Shown here: positions 36,703 through 46,958 of the stretch, piece by piece
Layout: every line of letters begins with the position of its first letter
Numbering within the stretch: the stretch's first letter is position 1
From: Candidatus Gottesmanbacteria bacterium
GTDB taxonomy: Bacteria; Patescibacteriota; Microgenomatia; 2-02-FULL-39-11
Length of the DNA stretch: 64,000 nucleotides
Assembly (NCBI GenBank): GCA_016186795.1
Contig: JACPKY010000002.1
Location: forward strand, 282,593-346,592
Direction of reading: 5' to 3'
Notes under the pieces: model-generated
Database searches by the model: none
Told to the model about the DNA's origin: nothing
The model's input: the letters and a program-made list of their open reading frames with translations, nothing else
Made by a program: the position numbers and the translations under genes

Positions 36703-37859
36703 GTCTTCCGCTTCCAATTAGCCCCGCATATTGACCATACCCACATCATAATCCATGGGAAAAAAAGTGAGTTGACAAACATACTATGGACTATGACAGC
36801 AACCAGTGTGAGACGGGCGATACGATGAACAGAGAAAAAAAGCTGCCAGAGAAGAATGAGAAATACCCCAAACCCTATGATGCCAGTTGTTGCCGCGACA
36901 AAAAGGAAACTGTTATCCAATCCTGCGCCTGAATGGTTCGTTCGATAGTCACCCTCACTAACTACATACATTTGTTTTGCGTACCGAATCGTATTAAACC
37001 CAACACCCATGATCGGATGCTCGGAAAAAATGAGTAGTCCTAAACGCCAGTTTTCAATTCGTTGGTACAGACTAAATAACCGTTCAAGCTTCACTCCTTC
37101 CCCACCCGGACGTGGAAGAAGAACTATGGATCCACCCAATAAAATTATTGCTCCAAACACATACAGATACTTTTTCATAGAAATCGCATAATACCCAAGA
37201 ACTGCCAGAAGTGTTGCGTAACTACTTCGGGAATATGTAAAAAGAAGTGTTACAAAAATAATTGCTGGCTTTATGAAAAATAGGAAAGACGACCGCTTCT
37301 CAAATAGGTATAGGATGAGAGAAAAAACAAGGAGAAGTCCCAGATAATTCGGGTCAAAATACGTCGCAAAAATTCTTTTGTAGTGTGGATCCCATCCGAG
37401 ATAAAATAGGTTCCGAAGATCCGGATAGAGGAAATACTGTAACCATCCAATAATCGAAATGAAAAGACCCACTTGTGCAAAACGGTGGGAAACGAATGAG
37501 GAATCTGCAAGTGTCTTGGTAAATCGTTGAAATGTGAGGAAAATAGAAAAATAGCCAACGAATCGAGCAAGATACAAGAAAGATATACTCCTCTCAATAC
37601 TATTAAGACGGAGGGGAGTAACTATATTACTTACAAAGGCGATCGCTACAAACAGAAAAAACAGCTGAATAAATTGGTTTTTCCAAATGAGAGCCAAAAA
37701 TTCCTTCCATCGAAAAACCCATGAAAGAGTAAGAATTCCAACAAAAATATCACTCAGATACACATTGACATTTTCTATACCAAGTGGCAAAACTCCGAAC
37801 GGACCAAGAAGTAGTAAAAAAAGGAGCACGTAGACAGTAAACGATAGTTGTCTAGGCAT
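36699..37859 (-). CDS. O-antigen ligase/Wzy-like polytopic membrane protein
   Basis: DPNY, TYSRS, HPIMGVG and DNSF..VAATTGIIG. Confidence 0.88.
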   Translation of the reverse strand: MPRQLSFTVYVLLFLLLLGPFGVLPLGIENVNVYLSDIFVGILTLSWVFRWKEFLALIWKNQFIQLFFLFVAIAFVSNIVTPLRLNSIERSISFLYLARFVGYFSIFLTFQRFTKTLADSSFVSHRFAQVGLFISIIGWLQYFLYPDLRNLFYLGWDPHYKRIFATYFDPNYLGLLLVFSLILYLFEKRSSFLFFIKPAIIFVTLLFTYSRSSYATLLAVLGYYAISMKKYLYVFGAIILLGGSIVLLPRPGGEGVKLERLFSLYQRIENWRLGLLIFSEHPIMGVGFNTIRYAKQMYVVSEGDYRTNHSGAGLDNSFLFVAATTGIIGFGVFLILLWQLFFSVHRIARLTLVAVIVHSMFVNSLFFPWIMMWVWSICGANWKRKT

Positions 37860-38616
37860 GAGTGTTTCCGGGATGAAGTTTAAGCCAAAGTTTTGCTCGA
37901 ACAAGAAACGAATGGAAACTCATCATCATGGCCATGATAAACCCAGGAGTTCCATCCAAAAATCCTAATTTCCAAAAATAATTTGCGATAAACTTTCCTC
38001 CTGGAAAGACTATTATCTCCCAACCATGTACTTTCCTTCCATGTCTCTGCCAGGCAAGAGCAAGAATATTTGTATACCAATTGATCTTATTCAAAAAAGT
38101 GGTAACGGTCGGATGTGGATAATGGTATAACGGATAAGTCAAATACCCAATCTTCCCATTAACTTTCCATTCTTCATGAACTACCCCATGCCAAATCCCA
38201 TTTCCCTTTCTTGCAAGTCTTAGAAATACGATATTTCCGGTTTCTCCAAACTTGAGAAGTTTCCCACAAAAGTAATCCTGACGTTGCACCTTGTACCCGT
38301 CAAAAAGATCTGTTGCCACCGCTTTGGTAATTTCCTGACTTAGAGAGGAGGATACAACTTCATCCGCATCCAAAAAAAACACCCATGGGCTAGTTGCTTT
38401 CGATAGTGCATAATTTCGCTGTGCAGCAAAGTCACCGGAAAGCTCATGCCGAAGAACTCGTGCACCAAGCGACATTGCAACGATCTTTGTATCATCAGAA
38501 GAATTGTCATCTACAACAATCACCTCTTTACAAAAAACAAGGCTTTTTATCGCTTGTTTGAGATTTTGACTTTCGTCCTTGGCGAGAATTACTCCAGTTA
38601 TTTCAGTTTTTTTCAT
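37852..38616 (-). CDS. Glycosyltransferase family 2
   Basis: VDDNSSD, FAAQRN, LDADE and VHE. Confidence 0.92.
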   Translation of the reverse strand: MKKTEITGVILAKDESQNLKQAIKSLVFCKEVIVVDDNSSDDTKIVAMSLGARVLRHELSGDFAAQRNYALSKATSPWVFFLDADEVVSSSLSQEITKAVATDLFDGYKVQRQDYFCGKLLKFGETGNIVFLRLARKGNGIWHGVVHEEWKVNGKIGYLTYPLYHYPHPTVTTFLNKINWYTNILALAWQRHGRKVHGWEIIVFPGGKFIANYFWKLGFLDGTPGFIMAMMMSFHSFLVRAKLWLKLHPGNTHA

Positions 38617-39424
38617 ACATGATGCGATTATATATGATTTTGAGTGTCAGCAAAGTAAGATAACATATCCCAAACGGTATATATATACCAAGATGCTTGA
38701 GAATAAATCGTAAATTCCCTCGCAAATTATAATATATCGCCTTATCTGACCAACGCCCAATTGATCCCCCCAGAGAGTGATAAACGACTATGTTTGGATC
38801 AACTGTGACCAAGAAGCCCATCTTCTTTGCCCGAACACAGAAATCAACATCTTCAAAGTAGAAAAAAAATCGCTCGTCAAACAAGCCAACTTTTCTAAAA
38901 ACATCTCGTGGGATTACCATGCAACATCCGCTGACAAAATCTGTATGATATGGTTTTTGCGGAATTTGAGATTTTTCAAAAACCTCTTTATGTTTTGTTC
39001 TGCCAGTCTTCCAATCAATTGTTCCTCCCACATCATAGACTCGCATGTTTCTGTTGGAGTGAAACTCTATCACAGGACCAACAATATCAGAAGGTGTATG
39101 GAAAAAAAGATCAAGAAAATTTCCTGGAACAATCGTGTCATTATTTAGAAGGGCAATTTTTTGAGCATCGGTTTTAAGCGCCTCTTTTACTCCTCTATTT
39201 ACCCCTTTTGCAAATCCAACATTTCCTCCTGTTTCAAGAATTTGAATATGTTTCCATTTCTTCTTTTCAATAATACGATCAAGTTCTTCCCGTTGTTCTG
39301 GACTGTTATTCACAAGATAAATCTGGAAATTGTCATCCTTTCCCACAGACTGGATGATAGATGTAAGACACTGAGATGTGTCTTTTATATTTTTATAATG
39401 AAGGATAATACACGCACATTTCAT
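38603..39424 (-). CDS. Glycosyltransferase family 2 (rhamnosyltransferase-like)
   Basis: NVGFAKGVN, LLNND, SGCC and FFYFEDVDFC. Confidence 0.92.
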   Translation of the reverse strand: MKCACIILHYKNIKDTSQCLTSIIQSVGKDDNFQIYLVNNSPEQREELDRIIEKKKWKHIQILETGGNVGFAKGVNRGVKEALKTDAQKIALLNNDTIVPGNFLDLFFHTPSDIVGPVIEFHSNRNMRVYDVGGTIDWKTGRTKHKEVFEKSQIPQKPYHTDFVSGCCMVIPRDVFRKVGLFDERFFFYFEDVDFCVRAKKMGFLVTVDPNIVVYHSLGGSIGRWSDKAIYYNLRGNLRFILKHLGIYIPFGICYLTLLTLKIIYNRIMYEKN

Positions 39425-40551
39425 ACAATCTCCCTCATGATCTTCTCCAGTCTCTCAACTGTTTTCTCCCACGACCATTTCTTTGAAATCAATGCATTTT
39501 GCAATTTCCTTTCACCGATTGATGGACGATCCGCCATCCTATCAGTAAGCGCTTCTGCAAATACGTTTTCGTCTCGGGAAACCATGATGCTTTGCGGTAC
39601 AGTTCGTAGAATTTCCGCAATTCCACCATCTTCTACTGCAATAATTGGTATTCCACAACAGGCTGCTTCAAGAAGAACGAGTCCAAATGGTTCTTTGGAA
39701 CTTGCATATGTAAATACTTTTGCTCTGTTGTACCAACGTACCAATTGATCATCAGATATACCATCATATATTTCTATTTTCACACCTTTTTCTTTTGCAA
39801 GATTTTCCAAGTATTCTTTTTCTACTCCTTCATTACCGATTACCACCAATGTAGGCCGCGTGGATTTCGGGATATGGGAGAGGACTCGAATTAGAAAATC
39901 ATGACCTTTGAGAAGTGAAAAATCCCCAACGGTAAGAATGATATGTTCCTTTTTTTCATCCGACGGTTTAAATCGATGCGCATCAACTCCTAAGTAATTC
40001 ACTCGTGAATTACTACCATACGCGTTGTCTACCTGTGTTTTCGCAAATTGCGATATTGTCACAATCCTTGTTGCATTCCTTGCATTTGTTCTATCAATAG
40101 ACTTGAGAGGCAAACGAAACGGAAGAGTCAACGAATACGTCAGGTGATTACTTACTCTTGGAATTGTTTCATAGAATTCACGTTTCGGCTCTGGACAAAA
40201 ATATATTGAAGGGACGCGTAAATATCGAAAAATATACGGAGTCTGGGTAAGGAAACATGACCCGGCAAAAACCATATCGTAGCTACGAGTATTAATCGCT
40301 TCTGCCATTTTTTTATACATTTGTGGAAGTTCAACATAGACAGAGTACAGATTTGCCGGAAATCGTGGATAATACCTGAAGGAGAATGAAAATACCTCTC
40401 TCACAAACGGGATAAGGGGAAGATATGATTCATTTGCTGTCACTGGAATGAAAAGATCGAGCTGATGATGCGTTGAAAGGCGCTTCACTTGTTCAAAGAA
40501 AGCGCGTTTCTGTCCGCCTGCCGGAAGATTATGTACAAGTGCAATTTTCAT
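39421..40551 (-). CDS. Glycosyltransferase family 4
   Basis: KG, EPFGLVLLEAACCG; ATGA overlap with the upstream gene supports the start. Confidence 0.92.
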   Translation of the reverse strand: MKIALVHNLPAGGQKRAFFEQVKRLSTHHQLDLFIPVTANESYLPLIPFVREVFSFSFRYYPRFPANLYSVYVELPQMYKKMAEAINTRSYDMVFAGSCFLTQTPYIFRYLRVPSIYFCPEPKREFYETIPRVSNHLTYSLTLPFRLPLKSIDRTNARNATRIVTISQFAKTQVDNAYGSNSRVNYLGVDAHRFKPSDEKKEHIILTVGDFSLLKGHDFLIRVLSHIPKSTRPTLVVIGNEGVEKEYLENLAKEKGVKIEIYDGISDDQLVRWYNRAKVFTYASSKEPFGLVLLEAACCGIPIIAVEDGGIAEILRTVPQSIMVSRDENVFAEALTDRMADRPSIGERKLQNALISKKWSWEKTVERLEKIMREIV

Positions 40552-41210
40552 TGTGAAAACAGACCGATAAACTGATATCCAAGAAGGGTTGGAAATGCTT
40601 TCGTAATATGATACTGGATATTTTTTGGAGTGTAATTCAGATACTTTCCGATGGCAGTAATTTGAGAAAATCCTGAGGCAACATCGAGCTCTCGAAGATT
40701 CCATTTTGCCTCCCAGAAAAGCTTAAGAAATGTTTTTTTTGTATAGAACCGAAGATGTGTCTGATCCATAATACCGGTATCACGATACGTAAACTTTCCG
40801 CAAAGAAGCATAAGGCGAATTGAAAGAAAAGCAATATTTGGGATGGATACGATGATAACTCCATTCGATTTAAGATACCGATGGAGTAAAAGGAGAAACT
40901 TTGAAGGATAGGGAAGATGTTCAACAACATCAAGAAGAAGAATAACGTCAAAGAAGTTTTTCCTAACAGGAAGAGAGGCTGCTTTCGTAAGATCCATCCG
41001 ATAGACTTTTTCGCAATATTTTTTTGCAATGAGAAGTGCTTCTACATCGATATCTATCCCCCACACTTTGCATGCCCGTTTTTCTTTCAATTCCTTTGCA
41101 AAATATCCCGTAGCACAGCCAATATCAAGAACCTTACAACTTTTTGGAATTTTCCGAAACGTTAGCCAATGCCCCTCATACGGAGTGGGGTTAAAGTGGT
41201 TGTAGAACAT
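40548..41210 (-). CDS. Class I SAM-dependent methyltransferase
   Basis: VLDIGCATG, DVVEHL and GIMDQTHLRFYT. Confidence 0.92.
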   Translation of the reverse strand: MFYNHFNPTPYEGHWLTFRKIPKSCKVLDIGCATGYFAKELKEKRACKVWGIDIDVEALLIAKKYCEKVYRMDLTKAASLPVRKNFFDVILLLDVVEHLPYPSKFLLLLHRYLKSNGVIIVSIPNIAFLSIRLMLLCGKFTYRDTGIMDQTHLRFYTKKTFLKLFWEAKWNLRELDVASGFSQITAIGKYLNYTPKNIQYHITKAFPTLLGYQFIGLFSQ

Positions 41211-41213
41211 AAA

Positions 41214-42035
41214 TTATTTTGCGTAATTATATTTTTCCATTTTAGTAAACATTCCAACAACTATGCCAAAGTCGAATATCACTTTGAAAACAACGAATAA
41301 GAAAGGTGCACCATTAATTACATTTCGATAAGCTATCTTCAAGGAATTCAAAATAGAATATCTTAGAATATTTCTGATAGATAAATTAAGTTTATTTGAT
41401 CGCCCTATCCATCGTGCGGAAAAAAACACATCCTTGAGGGTATCGGGATTATAATGATAACAAATTGCATTATTTACCGCTTTTGCAAATACCCCAAATT
41501 TACTTAGTGATCCATCGTCAAAATATCCCCAGGCAGAATTATACCCTGATGTTTGTTCAAAAGTTTTTTTGAGTATTGCACGGAAGGCTAGTTCTTTATA
41601 CTCTCTGTCTATATTTACTCTCCTTTTAAAAGGCAAATTACTATTTATATTCCAACATTTAGCCCAAATATTCTCCATATTTTGAACATACTCTTCAGTC
41701 GTATAAGTGCATAGACATTTTCCTTTTATTATTGGAGCAGTAATATTCTTAATGTAGTTTTTATCTAGAAGCATATCAGCATCTATAAATACTAAAATTT
41801 CTCCTCTGGCTTTAGATGCACCGTAGTTTTTAGCATTACCTGGGCCACTATGATTAATTTTATAAATCTCCACCTCATATTTCCTAGCAATACTAGAGGT
41901 AGAATCAGTAGAACCATCATCTATTACGATCACATTGAATGGTTTAACAGTCTGTTTAGATATTGAACCAAGGCAATGTGAGATATATTTTTCTTCATTA
42001 TAAGCTGGAATAATAATAGAAATTTGTTTGCTCAT
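41214..42035 (-). CDS. Glycosyltransferase family 2 (AT-rich)
   Basis: IIIPAYNEE, DDGSTD and FIDAD. Confidence 0.92.
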   Translation of the reverse strand: MSKQISIIIPAYNEEKYISHCLGSISKQTVKPFNVIVIDDGSTDSTSSIARKYEVEIYKINHSGPGNAKNYGASKARGEILVFIDADMLLDKNYIKNITAPIIKGKCLCTYTTEEYVQNMENIWAKCWNINSNLPFKRRVNIDREYKELAFRAILKKTFEQTSGYNSAWGYFDDGSLSKFGVFAKAVNNAICYHYNPDTLKDVFFSARWIGRSNKLNLSIRNILRYSILNSLKIAYRNVINGAPFLFVVFKVIFDFGIVVGMFTKMEKYNYAK

Positions 42036-42077
42036 ATAATTTAATTTAGAATTATTTTATTAAGAAAATATTCAAGT

Positions 42078-44468
42078 ATGAAAATAGCAAATAGCCTATT
42101 AAGTTTATTACTTCTTTTATTTGCATTTCTTTTATCTCCAAGTATTGTATCCTCTTCATTCATACGTAACAGCAATCCTGTAATTGATAGTTTTAATCTT
42201 CCTCCCTGGGCAAAACAAATCTATGCACCAGTAATAATTTTGACTGATAATTCAATGCTATTACTTCTTAGTGGAAGTAATCAATCATCTAGACAAATCG
42301 GTTATTCTAATTCAAACAATCCCTATAATTGGAGTATACTTTCTGATCCATTAATCGCACAAAACTTCATAAGCGAAGAAAATATTGGAGTAGAACACCC
42401 AAGTATTATTTTAACTAGTCAACAACAATATAAATTATGGTTTAATAATGTAGTTTTACAATTTCCAAACTATAATTTTAATTTATATTTCACTTCTTCA
42501 CAAAATCTTGTGAACTGGTCTTCGCCTAAAAATTTAATTTTTGATAAATTTACTAGCTGGGATAGTTATTCAAAAACAGCACCAAGCGTGTTATTTAACA
42601 CTTTACTGAGTAAATATCAAATGTGGTATACGGGCAATGGAAATATAGGTAACGAAGTTCGCTGGCGTATTGGCTTCGCAACATCAGAGGATGGAATTAG
42701 TTGGCAAAAAAATTCGGAACCCGTACTTGATGCAGATCAACCTTGGGAAAATAGCGGACCCCATTGGGGTATTGGGAATCCCTCCGTTTTACTAGAAAAC
42801 AACACCTTCCACATGTTCTATCATGCAGACAATGATATCGGACATGCGACGTCGACTGATGGTATACATTGGACGAAAGACCCGAACAATCCGGTATTCA
42901 CCCATAATAGCGATCCGAATGCATTTGATGGATACAGGGTAATGGATCCATATGTACTCAAATGGGGCGATAAATACCTCATGTATTACACAGGATCAGA
43001 TACCCATGGTAAATGGCAAATCGGAGTCGCTGAAAGTGATTCGTTAGATAGTGCAGTTTCTACTCCAACACCATCGCCAACTATCTCTCCATCTATAACT
43101 CCAACTCCCTCACCAACTGCAACAGTAACACCAACCCCCAGAGATGTATCACACGATCCGGTAATTCTCATTCCAGGACTGGGGGCATCATGGAATCCGC
43201 AGGCAATTTTTTCCTGTACGCTCAACTCCTACGGGGAATGGAATCTTGGCCCGTATGTCTCTCTCTACGAACGACTTCTTTCGACATTTACAAAAAAACT
43301 TTCACTGAAACGGAATGAAGACGTATACCTCTATACATACGATTGGCGTCTTCCACTTGATACTCAAGGAGCAAATTTAAAGGAATACATTGAATCGGTA
43401 CTTCGAAAGAAACTTTCAGACATAAAAGTCCGCCTTATTGGTCACAGTCTCGGTGGACTCGTTATTCGAAGTTACCTTTCAAATTACCCAAACGACCAAA
43501 AAGCATCGATTGTGGTAACTGTTGGAACTCCTCATCAAGGAACCATTCTTGCATATCCTCTTTGGGAAAATGGAGAAATCTGGTACGATGATTTCGTTGT
43601 CAAAATAGCGATCACCCAACTTATCAATCACTGCAGACGAGTACGTCTGTTTTCCTCAGCCGTATCTGATTTCCATCGAACACGCGTTGAAAGTAACCGA
43701 GAGACGCTACAAACACTTATTCCATCACTTCGGACACTCCTGCCAACATTCGATTTTCTCAAACAGGATAACTCCATTATTCCGATAGAAAAATTTTTCT
43801 ACACGAATAATTGGCTTCTCACGCATCAAATTCCCCAAGATCTACCAATAGCTCTTTACACACTTTCTGGCAATAATATATCTACACTGCGCTATCTCAA
43901 TGTGACGAATCCCTCAAGAGATGATGTATACGCGGGAAATTGGCCTGATGGGTATCCAACCAGTCAAGAAAAATTATCTGATGGAGATGGTACGGTTCTT
44001 GGGATAAGCAGTATCCTTCCCCAGGCTGTGAATGAAGTTACAACTGGTGACCACAGAGAAATCATTGCAACAGATCATGCCATTGAAACAATTCTTCGTC
44101 TCCTCAATCTTCCCGATGTCGAACCCGATGAAAAAATACCACTTGAACTCTCGGCAAACGCTGCACTTATTATCTCAATTCCCACCGCAGGAAAAGTTAC
44201 TGTAGAATTCGGGAGACAACAATTCTATTCAGAAAACCAAATACTCACACTGTATAACCCAGAATCGGGTGTATATACTGCCACAGTTGTTCCTTTCCAA
44301 ACAATACAATCGGTCATTGAGCTTTCTTATGTCACAAAGGACACGCCGATAAGCACTTTTTTGGAAAAAGAACTATTTTTCAGGAAAAATGTACCGATGA
44401 AATTCACATTTGAGCTTGAAATGAATGGCCAGTTGAAGTTACCGACACGATTGCAACAGCGCAGTTGA
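42078..44468 (+). CDS. Secreted multidomain protein: GH43/GH32-like beta-propeller, Pro/Thr linker, LCAT/PGAP1-like alpha/beta hydrolase
   Basis: Signal peptide; repeated PSV..Y.MWY..IG.ATS.DG..W; TPTPSP linker; LIPGLG, YDWR, GHSLGG, GTPHQG and GDGTV. Confidence 0.85.
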   Translation: MKIANSLLSLLLLLFAFLLSPSIVSSSFIRNSNPVIDSFNLPPWAKQIYAPVIILTDNSMLLLLSGSNQSSRQIGYSNSNNPYNWSILSDPLIAQNFISEENIGVEHPSIILTSQQQYKLWFNNVVLQFPNYNFNLYFTSSQNLVNWSSPKNLIFDKFTSWDSYSKTAPSVLFNTLLSKYQMWYTGNGNIGNEVRWRIGFATSEDGISWQKNSEPVLDADQPWENSGPHWGIGNPSVLLENNTFHMFYHADNDIGHATSTDGIHWTKDPNNPVFTHNSDPNAFDGYRVMDPYVLKWGDKYLMYYTGSDTHGKWQIGVAESDSLDSAVSTPTPSPTISPSITPTPSPTATVTPTPRDVSHDPVILIPGLGASWNPQAIFSCTLNSYGEWNLGPYVSLYERLLSTFTKKLSLKRNEDVYLYTYDWRLPLDTQGANLKEYIESVLRKKLSDIKVRLIGHSLGGLVIRSYLSNYPNDQKASIVVTVGTPHQGTILAYPLWENGEIWYDDFVVKIAITQLINHCRRVRLFSSAVSDFHRTRVESNRETLQTLIPSLRTLLPTFDFLKQDNSIIPIEKFFYTNNWLLTHQIPQDLPIALYTLSGNNISTLRYLNVTNPSRDDVYAGNWPDGYPTSQEKLSDGDGTVLGISSILPQAVNEVTTGDHREIIATDHAIETILRLLNLPDVEPDEKIPLELSANAALIISIPTAGKVTVEFGRQQFYSENQILTLYNPESGVYTATVVPFQTIQSVIELSYVTKDTPISTFLEKELFFRKNVPMKFTFELEMNGQLKLPTRLQQRS

Positions 44469-44473
44469 TCTAG

Positions 44474-44545
44474 TGCGCGCACATGGACTTGAACCATGGG
44501 CCTCTTCGATGTGAACGAAGCGCTCTACCACTGAGCTATGCGCGC
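44474..44545 (-). tRNA. tRNA-Val(CAC)
   Basis: GCGCGCA/TGCGCGC acceptor, CTTCG-TTCACAT-CGAAG, GGTTCAAGTCC. Confidence 0.96.
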
Positions 44546-44648
44546 TTTAAGCTTCTCTGCCAATCAGAAATACCATCACATTATACATAAATCCCCTTGC
44601 CATGCCAAAGGGGCGTACCCTATAATGAGTCTATACTCTTCTTACTGT

Positions 44649-44667
44649 ATCCCGATTAAATCGGGAT
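44649..44667. repeat. Short palindrome in the lepB leader
   Basis: ATCCCGAT-TAA-ATCGGGAT. Confidence 0.7.
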
Positions 44668-44727
44668 CAGTCTAGAAGGCGTTATACCCGTAACAATTTC
44701 AACTGTGAAGGGTATACATCTTTTTTT

Positions 44728-45423
44728 ATGAGCAAACAAAGTTCACCAAGGGTGGCAATCGATTCAGAAATAGCAGAAGTAATTCCCACAGTCGTTGTGT
44801 CGAAACCTCCTCCCCCTGAGGCGCCTGAAAACGACTCCCAAGAAAGTGACAATTTCATTGTAAGAGCAATAAAAAAGCTTATCAGCCTGTTTTTGGATTT
44901 TTTGGAAACAATTGTCGTTGCCCTTTCAATTTTTGTTGTTGTGTATCTTTTCATCTTTCAACCGCATGAGATAAAAGGAAGCTCAATGGAACCAAATTTC
45001 TTTAATAATGAGTATATCCTCACAGATAAGATCTCATATCGTTTTGGCGAGCCGAAACGAGGTGACGTCATCATCCTGAAAGCCCCAAAAAATCCCGATA
45101 TCGACTATATCAAGCGAGTAATAGGACTTCCCAATGAAAGGTTAAAGGTACAAAATGGCTTTGTGTATATTAATGGGGAACAACTTCTTGAACCGTATAT
45201 TTCTGAAACAACAAACCTTTTCCCAGGGAGTTATATGCAAGAAGGTGTCGAAATTACCGTTCCTGAAGGATTTTACTTTGTCATGGGAGATAACAGGCAA
45301 CATAGTTCCGATTCGCGTGAATTCGGTCCTATCTCATCTGATCTAATCATTGGACGGGCATTCTTACGATATTGGCCTCCCAAACAGTTTGGGCCACTGG
45401 AAGCGGTGCGGTACAGTTTATGA
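44728..45423 (+). CDS. lepB: Signal peptidase I
   Basis: GSSMEP, YIKRVIGLP and GDNR..SSDSR. Confidence 0.96.
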   Translation: MSKQSSPRVAIDSEIAEVIPTVVVSKPPPPEAPENDSQESDNFIVRAIKKLISLFLDFLETIVVALSIFVVVYLFIFQPHEIKGSSMEPNFFNNEYILTDKISYRFGEPKRGDVIILKAPKNPDIDYIKRVIGLPNERLKVQNGFVYINGEQLLEPYISETTNLFPGSYMQEGVEITVPEGFYFVMGDNRQHSSDSREFGPISSDLIIGRAFLRYWPPKQFGPLEAVRYSL

Positions 45424-46242
45424 TTTGATAAGAATCTGGTGGATTTTTTTTACGTAATCCCCAGTTTTTTCTGGAGGACCCTTAAGAAGAATACTGATTT
45501 TAGCAGCTACCGTTGATTGCGTTATCTTCACACTCGCATCAAATTTCTGACCTAACTCTTTTGCAATTGATTCAAGTTCGACGCTTTGAATCCGCTCGCG
45601 TACAGCACGTGATGTTGGTTCCGTTTTCTCCTTTATCTTCCTTACCAAGTCCTCGGCTCGTCGGACTGACGCTCCTTCAACAAGAATTTGCTTATATACA
45701 TCAACCATCATTTTCACATCGGTAAGTCCTGCAATTGCCCGTGCATGGCCTTCTGTGACATCCCCTGAGATAAGTCCATCTTTTATCGCATCGGGCAAAG
45801 CAAGAAGTCGCAACGTATTGGATACATAGGCAGGACTTTTCCCTATCCGTTTGGCAATTTCCGTCACAGACAGGGCAAATTCGTCAATGAGTCTTTGAAA
45901 TCCTTGTGCTCTTTCAATCGGGTTAAGGTCTTCCCGTTGGACATTTTCAACAAGAGCTAACTCCAACATCCCCTGGGTTGAGGTTTCTTTAACAACAACT
46001 GGGACAGTTTTTAATCCGACGATCTTTGCAGCTCTCCACCGTCTCTCTCCTGCGACAATTTGGAAGCCCGCTGGAGTTTTGGCAACGACGAGAGGTTCCA
46101 ATATGCCATGCTCTTTGATAGATTCGACGAGATCAACAAGAGATTCAGATTTAATAAGACTCCGCACCTGAAGAGGATTTGGTTGTAACAGGTTGATCTC
46201 AAGATCAATCAACTGTTGGTGACTTCCAGTATTCATATGCAA
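45418..46242 (-). CDS. parB: ParB/Spo0J partition protein
   Basis: SIKEHGILEPL, AGERRWRAA and ENVQREDLNPIE. Confidence 0.93.
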   Translation of the reverse strand: MHMNTGSHQQLIDLEINLLQPNPLQVRSLIKSESLVDLVESIKEHGILEPLVVAKTPAGFQIVAGERRWRAAKIVGLKTVPVVVKETSTQGMLELALVENVQREDLNPIERAQGFQRLIDEFALSVTEIAKRIGKSPAYVSNTLRLLALPDAIKDGLISGDVTEGHARAIAGLTDVKMMVDVYKQILVEGASVRRAEDLVRKIKEKTEPTSRAVRERIQSVELESIAKELGQKFDASVKITQSTVAAKISILLKGPPEKTGDYVKKIHQILIKS

Positions 46243-46491
46243 CTAGTGTTGGACAACAACGAACGTTCGTCCGTATCGCCTTTTAAATTGGACTGTACCG
46301 TCACAAATTGCGTAGATGGTGTAATCTCTTCCATATCGTGTCCCATCTCCTGCTTTAAACTTTGCTCCACGTTGACGAACGAGAATATTTCCCGACACGA
46401 CAGAACTCCCCCCGTACACTTTGATACCAAGGCGTTTCCCAATTGAATCACGATTTCCTTTTGTTGCTGCTCCCGTTTTTATGTGTGCCAT
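46243..46491 (-). CDS. rpmA: 50S ribosomal protein L27
   Basis: MAH..., RDS..KRLG.K and GNILVRQRG. Confidence 0.96.
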   Translation of the reverse strand: MAHIKTGAATKGNRDSIGKRLGIKVYGGSSVVSGNILVRQRGAKFKAGDGTRYGRDYTIYAICDGTVQFKRRYGRTFVVVQH

Positions 46492-46575
46492 AGGTTTACT
46501 CTACACTACGAATTTGATTTTGTGAAGTACTGCTTTCGTATCCTTTTCGTATCATTTCCTATCAAATTTTCACGA

Positions 46576-46944
46576 TTATTTCAACGTCTTCTTTGGTTCT
46601 TCACCTTTTCTACTGTCACTTGAATCTCTGGGGAAAACGATTGTTTCTATTTTCACACGAGTAAGCTTTGGTCTGAAACCCATCTTTCGGCGATAATTGA
46701 CTTTCGCTTTGAATTTAAAAATGGAGAGCTTTTTGCCTTGTAATTGAGAAATAACTTTCCCCACAACCTTTCCTCCGGCAACATCTGGGGTACCAATCTT
46801 TATATCAGAATCTTTCCGCATAAATAAAACGTGCGAAAACTCGATATTTGATCCGACGTCTCCAGCCAGTTTATCAAAGAGAAACTCCTGACCTTCATCG
46901 ACTTTATACTGCTTTCCCCCTGTTTTCACAATTGCGTATTTCAT
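46576..46944 (-). CDS. rplU: 50S ribosomal protein L21
   Basis: YAIVKTGGKQYKV, IGTP and YRRKMGFR. Confidence 0.96.
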   Translation of the reverse strand: MKYAIVKTGGKQYKVDEGQEFLFDKLAGDVGSNIEFSHVLFMRKDSDIKIGTPDVAGGKVVGKVISQLQGKKLSIFKFKAKVNYRRKMGFRPKLTRVKIETIVFPRDSSDSRKGEEPKKTLK

Positions 46945-46958
46945 AAGGGCTAATTATA

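Noticed and set aside
43060-43140. ACTCCA/ACACCA-like tandem repeats
   Set aside because: Simply encode the Pro/Thr linker of the 796-aa protein.
45418-46242. Orphan parB suggesting a plasmid or prophage
   Set aside because: Embedded among housekeeping genes (rplU, rpmA, lepB) with background composition; no parS palindrome or mobile genes were noticed.
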